Made by a program: the position numbers and the translations under genes. DNA of 64,000 nt from Paraspadella gotoi (Eukaryota > Animalia > Chaetognatha), in contig CM119264.1 of the NCBI GenBank assembly GCA_051294375.1, positions 22,076,709-22,140,708 on the forward strand. The letters are read 5' to 3'. This document shows, piece after piece, positions 53,201 to 64,000 of this stretch. The notes below the pieces were generated by a model that ran no database searches, was not told the DNA's origin, and saw nothing but the letters and a program-made list of their open reading frames with translations. Positions within the stretch are counted from its first letter, which is position 1. Each line of letters starts with the position of its first letter.

Positions 53201-56200
53201 GTCCTGCAGCAGAGAGAGAAGCAGAGTGAGAGAGAATGAGGAGACGAGAGGAGATGAGCAGAAGAGAGAGAGAGAGAGAGAGAGAAGAGGCTGCAAAATA
53301 GCCAGACATTATTTCAGCTAATAAAATTTGTATAACGGTGATCGTTTTTACAAATACAACATCTCGTCAAAATTAAAATGTGAAATGGACACAGGACGTT
53401 GAAAAATTATTTGACCTTATCAATTACGATGACGACGACTACGACATAAAAAAGATAACAACAACCAAGAAGGCATCCACGCCCTACTTCATTACCTTCG
53501 AATAATCGTTTTCGCTCGATAAAATGAAATGAACGTAAAATGAGCGAGCTTCTTTTGTTTATTATTTCCAGCTCGATGGGAAAAAGAAAAGATAAAAAGT
53601 GGAGGAGGGAACGAAAGTAAATAATAAAAGAAATAAAAAAGAAAGAAGAAAGAAAGAATAAGATGGACCAAGAACGTCGTTCGATATGGTGGCGGCGGGG
53701 AGACGACTGGGAAAGGAGCGTGGCATGGCATGCATGGGTGGTTGCGGCGAATTGCTTGGATTGCTTCTGTCGCCACCGTCTGGAAATTACATAACCGATA
53801 TTTCAATACTTTGAATAACATATTTATTACTTGTTATAAATCCCAATTAGATCTAAATTTTCTTAATTTTGTTAAATAATTAAAAAAATGTAGAAAGCGG
53901 ATGCCTTTGGCCTTCGCATTGCATCTCAATGCGATTTTAAAACTATTTGCATCCTTAAGAACGTTAGAAGGAGCTATTCCATCCTTATTCCTGGGTCAGA
54001 ACAAATTTTAATGTTCTCCTCGCTGAGGAATAGTGAAGTTAGGGATTTTGAGGGTATTTGTGTCCCCGGCCGCAGGCGTAGCCTGTTTCGTTTAATCGGT
54101 CCCCCTCGGTCCAACATCCGCCCAATTTACGATCGCTCGTCGTTTCGCGGTTTTACGCCGAAAGGAGAGAGAGAGAGAGAGAGAGACAGAGATGCAGGAG
54201 ATGAGAGGAGAGAGAGAGAGAGAGTTGTGTTTTGTTCTTGTCTGATGTTTCGCATTACGATTGTTATGTTGTCGTGGTGACCGTTTAAGGCGGGGAGTCT
54301 GTTTCAAGTAGATTTGGTCAAATTATTCACTCTCTACGTTACGACAACAAGTTCTAGCAATGACCCTTGCTAATGAAAAATTTATTGGATTGACCCAAAG
54401 TTAAATATATAACTTACTCAATACACGCAAAATTTACGCAAAATTTACTGTTCAAAATATGAAACTTCGACGTACTTCGGAACATCTAAATTTATATTAC
54501 TTAATAAACCTATTCCAAATTTTTTATTTATGTATTATTTTCGACGATTTATTGTGAATCTCCCACTACCCCCAAATGTTATAGCAAAGACCCTCACTAT
54601 TGTCAAAGTTATACAATAAACTTATGTATCTAACTCACTGAATAAATAATGATTTTTCCAAAAAATACCTACCCAACTTTCAAATTGAAACCTACCCCGA
54701 CGGACCTCCGAACACCTAGTATAGTTAGTATAGTTACATTACGCAGCATTCACTTTGAACCGCCCCTTCTTTCTCCGAACGTCCCACCCCGCGGAGGTAT
54801 TGCTTGGTATCGCTAAGTTCCGGCATCTCGCCGTCGTCGACTTTCGTCGTCGTCGTCGTCATCATCGACGCCATCGTCGTCGTCCAGCGTCTTCTGGTGG
54901 CGAGAGTTGGGAGGCGGAGACGCGAAATGCGGCGTCGTTAGAAACGCGATTTATCGACGACCGCCGCTGGCGGGCGGGAGGGGGGGAGTAACGGGGATGA
55001 GGTTTAGTAGGGATGAGGTAGAGTGAGCACGAGGTTAATGGAGGATTGACAACAAAAGTGGGTCAAAAGCAGTTCAAATGTTTTGGTGGACGTAGTTCGT
55101 CTATATTTAGATTTTTTTTTTTATCCATGATATGGCCCTTTTCTACTCGGCTAAGAACGACAGACTTGACAACCTTCCATTTAGTACGATGTTAAAATTA
55201 CGATGTTTAAAAAAAGAAATAAATAAAAAAATAAAAAATAAAGACGGTCTGCAATTTAAGCTTTACGCGTTAAGACAATAAGAGGTACCGGACCTCCACT
55301 CAGTAAACAATGGCAGGGATCTTTTTTGGTGTCACTCGTTATGAGTCACTGGGGAGAGATAATAAAAAAAAAAGGAAAGGAGGAGAGTTGGAAAGAAAAT
55401 AGAAAAAAGAAAAGAGAAAAAGAAAAGGGAAACCTGAAAAAAAAATGTCAGTCTATGGACACGCCCAAAATGTGTTCTCAAGGAAGAGGGCGCCGTTGAG
55501 GGAGAAAGGGTTGGAAGCGATGGAGTCAGAATAGAATGTGAGTTGAGGGTGAATGAATGTGTGAGTTCACTGTGAGAAGTTTGAGTTGAGGGAGAACCAT
55601 GTTGTGATAGAGCGATTGTGAATAGGGAACATAAAAGGGGAGAGGAATTGAGAAAGAGTTCAAAATGATTGAAGGCGTTGTGGTTTTTTTCTAACCGGTT
55701 AATAGAGATTAGAGTAAGGCATTAGATTGCTGCATCAAAAAGGATAAAATGGACGGGGACATAGGGTATCAATGATAAAATAATCTCAAGAGTAAATATA
55801 TATATATTAAGTATTAATATTGAAAGATTCAAAAAAGCCTAAGAGTGAATACTGAATATATGTAAACCAAAAGTCGAGAAGGTGGAAAGAGAGCAAAGAC
55901 GGTTGGGGTAAGAAAAAGGATCAATATTAAAAGAGTCGAACTCAAACCCCGAATGAGGGGTTGTGCTTTATAGAGTCAACGGAACGGAAAGAAGAAAATC
56001 ACGGGGACGACCGAGGCGGAATTCCGATCTCCTCTGGCGCCAACTTTTTATGCGACTTCGCATTATTTTAAATTATTATTATTATTTTCGGGTTTCATCT
56101 TTTCTTTCCCTTTTTTTCTTGTCTGTTTCGCTTCGAAGTCTTTTCCCGAAGTTTCTTTCAGTTCGTGGTGATTTTTATTGTGGTGGTGACGAATTATGTC

Positions 56201-56369
56201 ACCTAACGACAATATTGTTACTGTCTTAATCTTCCATCGTGGTAGCGACAAAAAAAAAACAACAACTTAAAACGAAAAAGAATCGGGTGATTTCGTTATT
56301 TTTCTGTCGCTTTTAATTTTATCATATTTTTTTTCCTCTTCTGATGCCCCTTCTCTCACTCTTATTTCA

Positions 56370-56445
<76 letters not shown>

Positions 56446-56806
56446 GAACAAAATTTCCGAGCTAATCTGTTGTGTCATCTCTGTTCTATATTTTCGGCGT
56501 TTTTGTCTTTTTTTCCTTCGTCAGCGAAATCTTGATTTCTTTTCTCTTTTTTCTAAATCAAACAAACTGAAGTTTTTTATCGAGTATTTTTTTCGATCAT
56601 TCAACATTGAAATAGTGAAATTATAAATTAGTTGAGGAATAATAAATTAACATTAAAAAAAGTATTTTACGTATTCTATAACATTTAATGCGATCCTTTT
56701 TTTTGTTTTTCATTCCAGACGGAGGAAAGGATTCGGTTTGGCATCCATTCACCGGCCCTTCCACCCCCCACCTGGCAAACGAGGTGAGTGCGAGAGAGAG
56801 AGAGAG

Positions 56807-56876
<70 letters not shown>

Positions 56877-58213
56877 AAATTGCACCGCGAAGGACAACCA
56901 AAGAGACAAGGGAAAAGAAGGAAAAAATTGTGTCGGTCTCTTGACGTGGAAACGTCATCAATGACAAGATAAGAAAAAATTATTGATTTGTTGGAGAAAA
57001 GAAATCAAAAAGAAGCATCGATGAAGAGACAGTAACGAGAGTAAAATACTATATTTCAAATTTCATTCAAAATGCGAATGTTTACATTTTCTCACATAGC
57101 TTTAACATTACATTTCACCGATCTTCATGGTGTTTAAAGGCCAACATCACTTCCCGTCTTCCTCCCACACTGGCTCATCCACCTCCAGGTCTAAACTTGA
57201 GCAATGCCTGCAACAGGTCCGCCATTCCCGCCATTCTCGTCATTCCGTTCCCGTTACCGACGCCACCGCCACATGACCGCCAGAGCGACGAATACCGATG
57301 CCGCGACGCCGACCGACCCGGCGCCGGTTTTGACTCCGGCGTTGCACAGATCCTGGGCGCAGTAGCACACGAAAGAGCTCCTTCCGCCCACGTGGAACTG
57401 GCCGCAGGAGCCGCTGAACTTCCTTGCTCCGGAGGCGACGCAGCCAGCGGGGCGAATGATGTCCCCGTCCGGCGTGGATTCGTATTGGCATAGATCCTGG
57501 GAGGATGGGCACGTGTCCTGTTAGGAGTCGAGGGTTGAGGGGAGTTAAAAATGGAGAAGGATCAGAAATTAAATCATTATATTGTTCTTGTTCTGATAAA
57601 TAGGATATTAAATGACTAAAGTTTCCTTGTTAATTGAATAATGAATAGGTCTTAAAATTCTGTCTCTAAAAATTGTAAAACAGACGAAGTAACTACTATA
57701 AAACCTTGGAGTGAAAGCAAAAGAGAGAAAGAAGGAAGGAAAGAAAAAACAGAAAAGAGGAGGGAGAAAATTTCTCTTCCTTCTGGTACTAAAAGAATGT
57801 TGTGGATAAAAGTTGAAGGAAACTAATGGGGAGAAAGAAAGAGAAAAGAAAAGGATAAAGGAGTAAAGAAAGAAACAAGTCGGTTATAGCCGACACAAAA
57901 AAAGACTTTTTCTTTCCCTTTCTTTTTTTTTTTAATTCGCGAAGAAAAAGAGAAAATAAATGAGGGAAGTAAGAAAAAAGAATTGGAAAAGAAAGAAAGA
58001 GAAAAGGAAAGAAAGATAGTAGAGAAACGGAGAAAAGGCAAGAGGACAAATGGAATACAGGGAAAAAGTTTCTGCTCAGGAAATTCGAGAAATTAAATCG
58101 GTTTATTGTGAGAAAACCAATCACAATCATTAAAATGATTTTTCATTGTTTTCCATACATAGAGAATAGAACGTTTTTGTTTTATCCTCCTTTTAAGATT
58201 AGTCCTTTATGTT
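49670..58213. repeat. Copy 2 of the approximately 8.6-kb duplicated block
   Basis: Begins immediately after an N gap and is collinear with 38265-46986. Confidence 0.95.
57254..57517 (-). CDS. Terminal coding exon of a Ly6/uPAR three-finger (quiver/sleepless-like) GPI-anchored protein
   Basis: Acceptor ctcctaacag|, then phase 0, 87 codons plus TAA: DTCPSSQDLCQYESTPDGDIIRPAGCVASGARKFSGSCGQFHVGGRSSFVCYCAQDLCNAGVKTGAGSVGVAASVFVALAVMWRWRR*. It has the hallmark CxCxxDxCN motif followed by small residues and a hydrophobic tail. It is absent from the ORF track because it lacks a start codon. Confidence 0.85.
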   Translation of the reverse strand, partial: DTCPSSQDLCQYESTPDGDIIRPAGCVASGARKFSGSCGQFHVGGRSSFVCYCAQDLCNAGVKTGAGSVGVAASVFVALAVMWRWRR

Positions 58214-58631
58214 GTTATGTTTTTCTTTTCGCTTAATTTAGGCAAATTCAAAATTTGAAGTGTTGTAAAAAAACCGAAAAAACAACAAAAGAATACAATA
58301 AATAAAAAAGAGGATTAAGAAGAGAAGAATGCAATTCGTTTTATTTTAAATTTAGGGAATTGATATTAGGACTTTACAAAAAGGAAGAGATGAGCGAATG
58401 AAGAGAGAGAGAGGAGAGAGAGAGAGCAGAGAGAGAGAGACGAGAGGAGAGAGATTCGAGAGAGAGAGAGAGAGAGAGAAAGTAGAGTGCGAATGTCATG
58501 ATTAATTTGAAATCAGCCGAAAATCCTGAACATTTTAAATCCACTTTACCGTCATTTGCGGATTTGGGACGAGGGAAGGCTCGGCGCCTGAGTCCGTGAT
58601 CACTGGTCTCTTTGGCTTTTTGAAAACTCAC

Positions 58632-58652
58632 TTTGCAATCCAATTCTGACAC
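58632..58652 (-). CDS. 3' end of the preceding exon of the Ly6/quiver-like gene (the rest lies in an N gap)
   Basis: The minus strand reads GTG TCA GAA TTG GAT TGC AAA|gtgagt (VSELDCK). The phase-0 donor matches the phase-0 acceptor at 57517 and supplies an expected Cys. Confidence 0.6.
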
Positions 58653-59730
58653 NNNNNNNNNNNNNNNNNNNNNNNNNNNNNNNNNNNNNNNNNNNNNNNN
58701 NNNNNNNNNNNNNNNNNNNNNNNNNNNNNNNNNNNNNNNNNNNNNNNNNNNNNNNNNNNNNNNNNNNNNNNNNNNNNNNNNNNNNNNNNNNNNNNNNNNN
58801 NNNNNNNNNNNNNNNNNNNNNNNNNNNNNNNNNNNNNNNNNNNNNNNNNNNNNNNNNNNNNNNNNNNNNNNNNNNNNNNNNNNNNNNNNNNNNNNNNNNN
58901 NNNNNNNNNNNNNNNNNNNNNNNNNNNNNNNNNNNNNNNNNNNNNNNNNNNNNNNNNNNNNNNNNNNNNNNNNNNNNNNNNNNNNNNNNNNNNNNNNNNN
59001 NNNNNNNNNNNNNNNNNNNNNNNNNNNNNNNNNNNNNNNNNNNNNNNNNNNNNNNNNNNNNNNNNNNNNNNNNNNNNNNNNNNNNNNNNNNNNNNNNNNN
59101 NNNNNNNNNNNNNNNNNNNNNNNNNNNNNNNNNNNNNNNNNNNNNNNNNNNNNNNNNNNNNNNNNNNNNNNNNNNNNNNNNNNNNNNNNNNNNNNAGAGA
59201 GAGAGAGAGAGAGAGAGAGAGAGTGCGTGGTAGCGTGTGAGCACGAGACAGGCGTTCTCGCGCCACTTGGCTGCGATTTCTCACCCATCATATTTCCCGG
59301 TTTCCGACTCGTTGCGCCGATTCCATTTTCGTCGCTTATCCTCACTCTACCCTAACCCGCCCAATCCCACTCACTTACCCTGAGCTCTAACAGCCCTATC
59401 AGCCCTTACCGAAACCCGCTCGTTTCTCGACGTCTCAATTCTAACCCGGGAATTTCATAGCCGATGAAAAATGAGAGAGAGAGATAGCGAGAGAGAGAGA
59501 GATAGGGAAAGAGAAAGAGAGAGAGGGGATATTTTTTACCCCAGTTTTTCAAGTGATCTATTTTTATCATTGTTCCTTAGCGTTCTCTGCTTTGCCGATT
59601 TATTTTTAGACAAAGGAAAAAGAAGGTAAAAAAAAACTAAGTAAAAAATATACTAAAAGTAAAAATAATAAAAAAGAGAGAGAGAGAAAAAAAGGAAAAT
59701 AAAGGACAGAAAAAGAAAGATAAAGGGAAG

Positions 59731-59790
<60 letters not shown>

Positions 59791-60376
59791 TATAACAGTT
59801 TCACCCGGAATGAGAAAAAGAAAGTGTTATTGTCCCAACGGGAGACGTTGAAGAAAGAAGAAGATCATCATCTTGATGAAGAAAATTATGAACTCGATGA
59901 CGACAATAGACGGAGCAGATTTTACTTTGAAAAACGAAGTCCATGATTGATTATTTAACATTATTTCAATTAACTTTGCTTTCTACTTAAAATATTCGAA
60001 TACAATTTAACAAACCTAAAAGATCTCTAGCAAGCGGAGTTTCTATTTTACATATTCATTGAAAATCATACGTGAAAAAATTCAATAATTCACGATTTTA
60101 TTCACTCGGTCTCACCGGTTTGTCGTTGTCGAAACACTTGAGCGAAACTGCGAACCCAAGCCACGTTATCGTCAACAATAACAAAAATAATCCGTGGATG
60201 ATTTTCGAGGGACGAAAAGCGATCATTCTTGGTTGTTGTTGTCCAACTTACTATTCTGAGCGAGAAAGAAAAATCGGGAGGAAAAACAGAATTGTGAAAT
60301 GTTTTTCGCGTGAATCCTTTGGGTTTCACGACAAGCCTTTTCCTGTCTTTCTTGTCTTCCTTCGTTCTTGACGCAG

Positions 60377-60502
60377 CCGGTTCCACCACCACGAACCACC
60401 TCTACCACCACCATTCGAGCCTCTTTCTACCCACTATTACAATCTGTCCACCTCCACAAACATTTCCTGCCCGTCGTCAGTTGAAGGACCATTCATTAAA
60501 AG
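60377..60502 (+). CDS. Candidate 126-nt internal exon, product unknown
   Basis: Pyrimidine tract then gacgcag| acceptor, and AAG|gtaaga donor. The length is divisible by 3 and two frames are open. No motif was recognised. Confidence 0.35.
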
Positions 60503-62326
60503 GTAAGAGGAAATTTCGAGAAAAAAAAATCAAAAAATCTAAATTGACTTACCAAACAAAAATAATTAATCGGTCGTCCTTCTTTCAATCGTATTTCCTT
60601 CGAAGAATTTAAGAATCAGGATCTTTTTAAAACTTTTGCTTGTATTTCAGATTTCTTATGCATTAATTTCCCGCTCGATAAAAAGTTTTTTTTGTGTTAA
60701 AAATAGATTCATATTTGTCAGATTTGCTTTTCTTCTGAAATCGACAGTTTAATCAGCGTGGATGTTTGTCCGGAAATATTTGCTCGAATCACTCTCGGCG
60801 AAAAAGTCTCAGTTTACAATCGGTTGACAGCTGCCGTCAGAGTGAACGTTATCTACTGACCGATCGGTAAATACGCAGCCGGAAAATATTATTTGTTTAG
60901 TTTAATTGTTTTATCGTAAAAAATCTTTTTTTTTCCAACAAAATGCAAATCAAGTTTTACAGCAGAAGAAAACAAAAGCGTCAAATACAAACGCGAAGAA
61001 TATTTCATTAATCTTTTTTATTCTTTATTTTTTCGTTTTTTTTTTTGCTGACTGCATCGGATCCCTTCTTCTTCTTAATTTCTCCCTTATCCTTTCCTCG
61101 TCTTCTTCTTTTTCTTCTTCTTCATCTGCCCTCCACCGCCCACCCCCCTCACTTTTCCTAAACGGCTTAAATGGCCGAAACTTCTCCGCAAATCCCCCTC
61201 GCCGCCCACTCTCTCCATCACTGTCAACAATTTCTTGCAACTCGGACCGAATTTATTCCCGCGCGAAACAAACCTGCCTCGGAAAAAAAAACTGCGGTCT
61301 TCGGCTTCTGCGCTTCGGCCGCCGCCGCCGTGGCCGCCGCCGCCGATCTCTCCGCCGCTGCAAAAACAACGCCGAAAAACATCTCCTCTTTCTATACAAC
61401 CTGGACTTTCTCTTCCTTTCTCCTTTCCGCGACTTAAAACTCCACTTTTTTCTTATTAATTATTTCTTTATTTGACTTTGCTTCCTTACTTCACCATCTG
61501 CCTCTCTTTGTCACGTCTCTACCATACTTTTTTTATTTGGCCTCTTCTTCTAACTACATTCTATCCTTTCCACTGTTCTTCCTCTCTCTGTTTAAATCCT
61601 CTATTTCCTTTCGTGTTTTCCTTCTCTTCACTTTGTCCCTCTCTTCCTTGTCTCAACTCTATCACTCCCTCTCCGAATGTTACGCCGCCTCTGGGTCCTC
61701 CTTGTTTTCGTCGCCATCGTCGTCATCGTCGTCGTCATCTTTGTCGTCGTGCGTTCCCATTATCGTCGCGACCATAATCGCATTTTGTTTTGTTCCGCTT
61801 TTTTTTTTCTGTTGTTGTTGTCGTCTTCCTTTCCCGCCGTTTTCTTTTTATCTCTCTATCACTCGAATTTTCCCGCCATATTTTTCTCATCTTTTACCTG
61901 TCGTTTCGTTCTCTTGCTCGTTTCTCCATTTCATTTTTCTAAAATCTTTTTTTGCTTCCCTTTTCTTCGTCCCTCTCCGCTTCTTTTCTTTTTCCTCTAT
62001 TCCTCTCTAATCTCCATTCATGCCTTTCCCTTCTCTCCAATCAATTATTTCCCCCTTAAATTACTTCCTCCTGCCTCCTTCATTTTTATTTTCTTCTTCC
62101 CTTTTCTTTCCTCTCTTTTCCCACATTTCTTTTCTACCGTTTAATTTTTTCCTTCACTCGCCTTCACTTTCTCCCAACTTCTTTCCTCTCCTCCCCATTT
62201 CCTCGTCTTCTCTTCCTTACCCCCTTTCCCCCTCTATCTCCTCCTTCTATCTCCACCCACTCTCCCCCTTTTTCCCCTCTCCTCCCCATTTCCTCCCACC
62301 CACCTCCGTCCCTTCCCCCACCGCAG

Positions 62327-62361
62327 CATTCCTCGTTGCCATCCAAGGCATCCATCACGAG
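62327..62361 (+). CDS. Candidate micro-exon (35 nt; 72 nt if the donor after 62398 is used), product unknown
   Basis: ccgcag| is the first AG after about 1.3 kb without one, followed by GAG|gtgagt. Further G|gtaagg donors follow 62398 and 62409. The phase-1 reading is AFLVAIQGIHHE(VSRGSGFELMTA). Confidence 0.4.
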
Positions 62362-64000
62362 GTGAGTCGAGGTTCAGGCTTCGAGTTAATGACTGCGGGT
62401 AAGGAGCGGGTAAGGAGCGCGAAATCGTCCCTGACGCGTGCGTCCGTGCCCGCCGTGGCGGCGGCGGCTGCGGGGCGCGGGGCGGGGGCGTGCCGTCCGT
62501 GTTGGCGCGAGGGCTGAGGGCCGCGGTCGTGGAGGGAGGAAAAGAGGCCTGTCCGGCGCCGCTGCGTGCACTGCGTGCGAAAGAGCGCGCGCGACGGCTA
62601 CGGGGGCGTGGCACACGCGAGGAGACGTTTGAGGCTAATCATTCGAGCCGAGGTACAGGGATGTCCGGTTAAAGCTAGAAAAAACATCTAAATATAGGGG
62701 TAAGAAGAAGGTTACAAGAGAATAAAGACGGAAAACTTTTACTTCGTTCATGGACGCAAATTACCGTCTCATCCTCTTCTGAAAAATACCTGAGCAAATG
62801 TTTCATGCATGACCTTTGAGTGGGCGTCTAAGGAAACCTTGCGAAATGAGACTCTGGATTTCTATTGAGGTGGCATTAAGTCTAGCCGCCTTAGTTTATT
62901 CATTTATTTTTAATTTAGAATATATTAAATTAGATTTAAATAACGTTGTAAAGTATTTTTTGGAGTCGAGGTCACAACTTTTAATTTTTTCAAAGTAAAT
63001 GAAGAATTAGAAAATCAGTAAAAAGTTAGTTGGTATGTATGAAACTAAGTTTCGTTTATGAGTTCAGATACACTCGTTGGAAATATGGATCGGCGAGTCC
63101 GAAGATTTAAAGAAAGATCCTTAAAATGAGGATAACTGGATAACTGAAAAGTAATTGGATGTTAAGACTTAAAATTAAGACGTCTACGTCTACATCACGA
63201 GTTGCATCAAGGTAATCGATAGAATAATAACACCGGTCGACCGATCGTCCGAAGATGTCAACAACGAACTCGCAGTCCGTCGCTTCTGCGGCGCTAAAGA
63301 GGAAGCGCGAGTAATTGATTTGCGAGCGCGAAGCGGCGCGGGTGGGCGCCGGAATCGCGTTGGCCGGCGATGGGACCGCGGCGCCGCCGCCGCTGCGGCC
63401 GAGAGCGTGGACAGGTGTTTTAGTGAGAGACAAGGGGATCGTGGATGCGCAATCATTGGCGAAAGGTGATTTGTATGCCGCGCGTATCGGATCGCGGGCG
63501 GTGGGCGGCCCAATCTGTCGTCGGGGATCGAAAAGGATTGGGAGAACGGAGAATAAAGAGGGAAGAATTGGAGAATGGCGGCTGGGGCGAGCGCGGATGA
63601 TTTTAATCGAGCGAGACGAAAACTGCGAGAGATTCAAAGGGGGGCACAGTGATCCAAAAGAATATTAAAACTTGATAAAAGCCACTTGAACATACGGCAT
63701 AAATACATATTCAGTCCTATTCATAGTAATGGTACAAAGTCTTAAGTAAATAAACAGTTCCAAAAATTATTCTTTCTCAATTTATAAGCAAATCTTTATT
63801 TCGGGTGAGTCTTGAGAGGTTTGTTCACCCAAACTCATAGAATTTCAGCCGATTTCAATCAACTAGATTTAGTTCCTATGATACATCTTCTCACTAATCA
63901 GTTATTAATTAAATCTCATCCGTAATTGTCCGACCTTTTGAGAAATTAAATGCTTTTCATTCAAAAAAATGTAAAAAAGAATTCGATGTTCTTCAGAAAT

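Noticed and set aside
57197-57493. Plus-strand ORF overlapping the Ly6 exon
   Set aside because: It is an antisense shadow of a GC-rich coding exon; the minus frame carries the conserved motif and splice sites.
63107-63668. GC-rich ORFs on both strands near the window end
   Set aside because: Several frames are open, no motif was recognised and no convincing acceptor-donor pair was found, so it was left uncalled.

Overview
This is eukaryotic, almost certainly invertebrate animal, genomic DNA from a poorly polished long-read assembly. It is not prokaryotic, and nearly all ORFs in the supplied track come from (AG)n, (CT)n, (GAAA)n and (GAC)n microsatellites or N gaps. Two coding units are recognisable. 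One is a plus-strand phase 1-1 exon (16898-17467) encoding the C-terminal half of a GDNF-receptor-alpha/GAS1-type cysteine-rich domain, with a 140-residue low-complexity segment in one loop. The other is a minus-strand Ly6/uPAR (quiver/sleepless-like) GPI-anchored three-finger protein, with an intact last exon at 57254-57517, the end of the previous exon at 58632-58652, and a frameshifted copy at 45987-46259. About 20 kb (38265-58213) is a duplicated, partly triplicated block, and several smaller direct and inverted duplications also look like assembly artefacts. The most unusual signal is about 1.3 kb with no AG dinucleotide (60999-62324) ending at a candidate micro-exon acceptor, with a branch-point consensus at its far 5' end. 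Also seen: an 88-bp loopless palindrome, a DINE-1/HINE-like element, a tRNA-like SINE candidate and several minisatellites. No rRNA, intact tRNA, CRISPR array or transposase was recognised. All family assignments are by eye; no database search was run.
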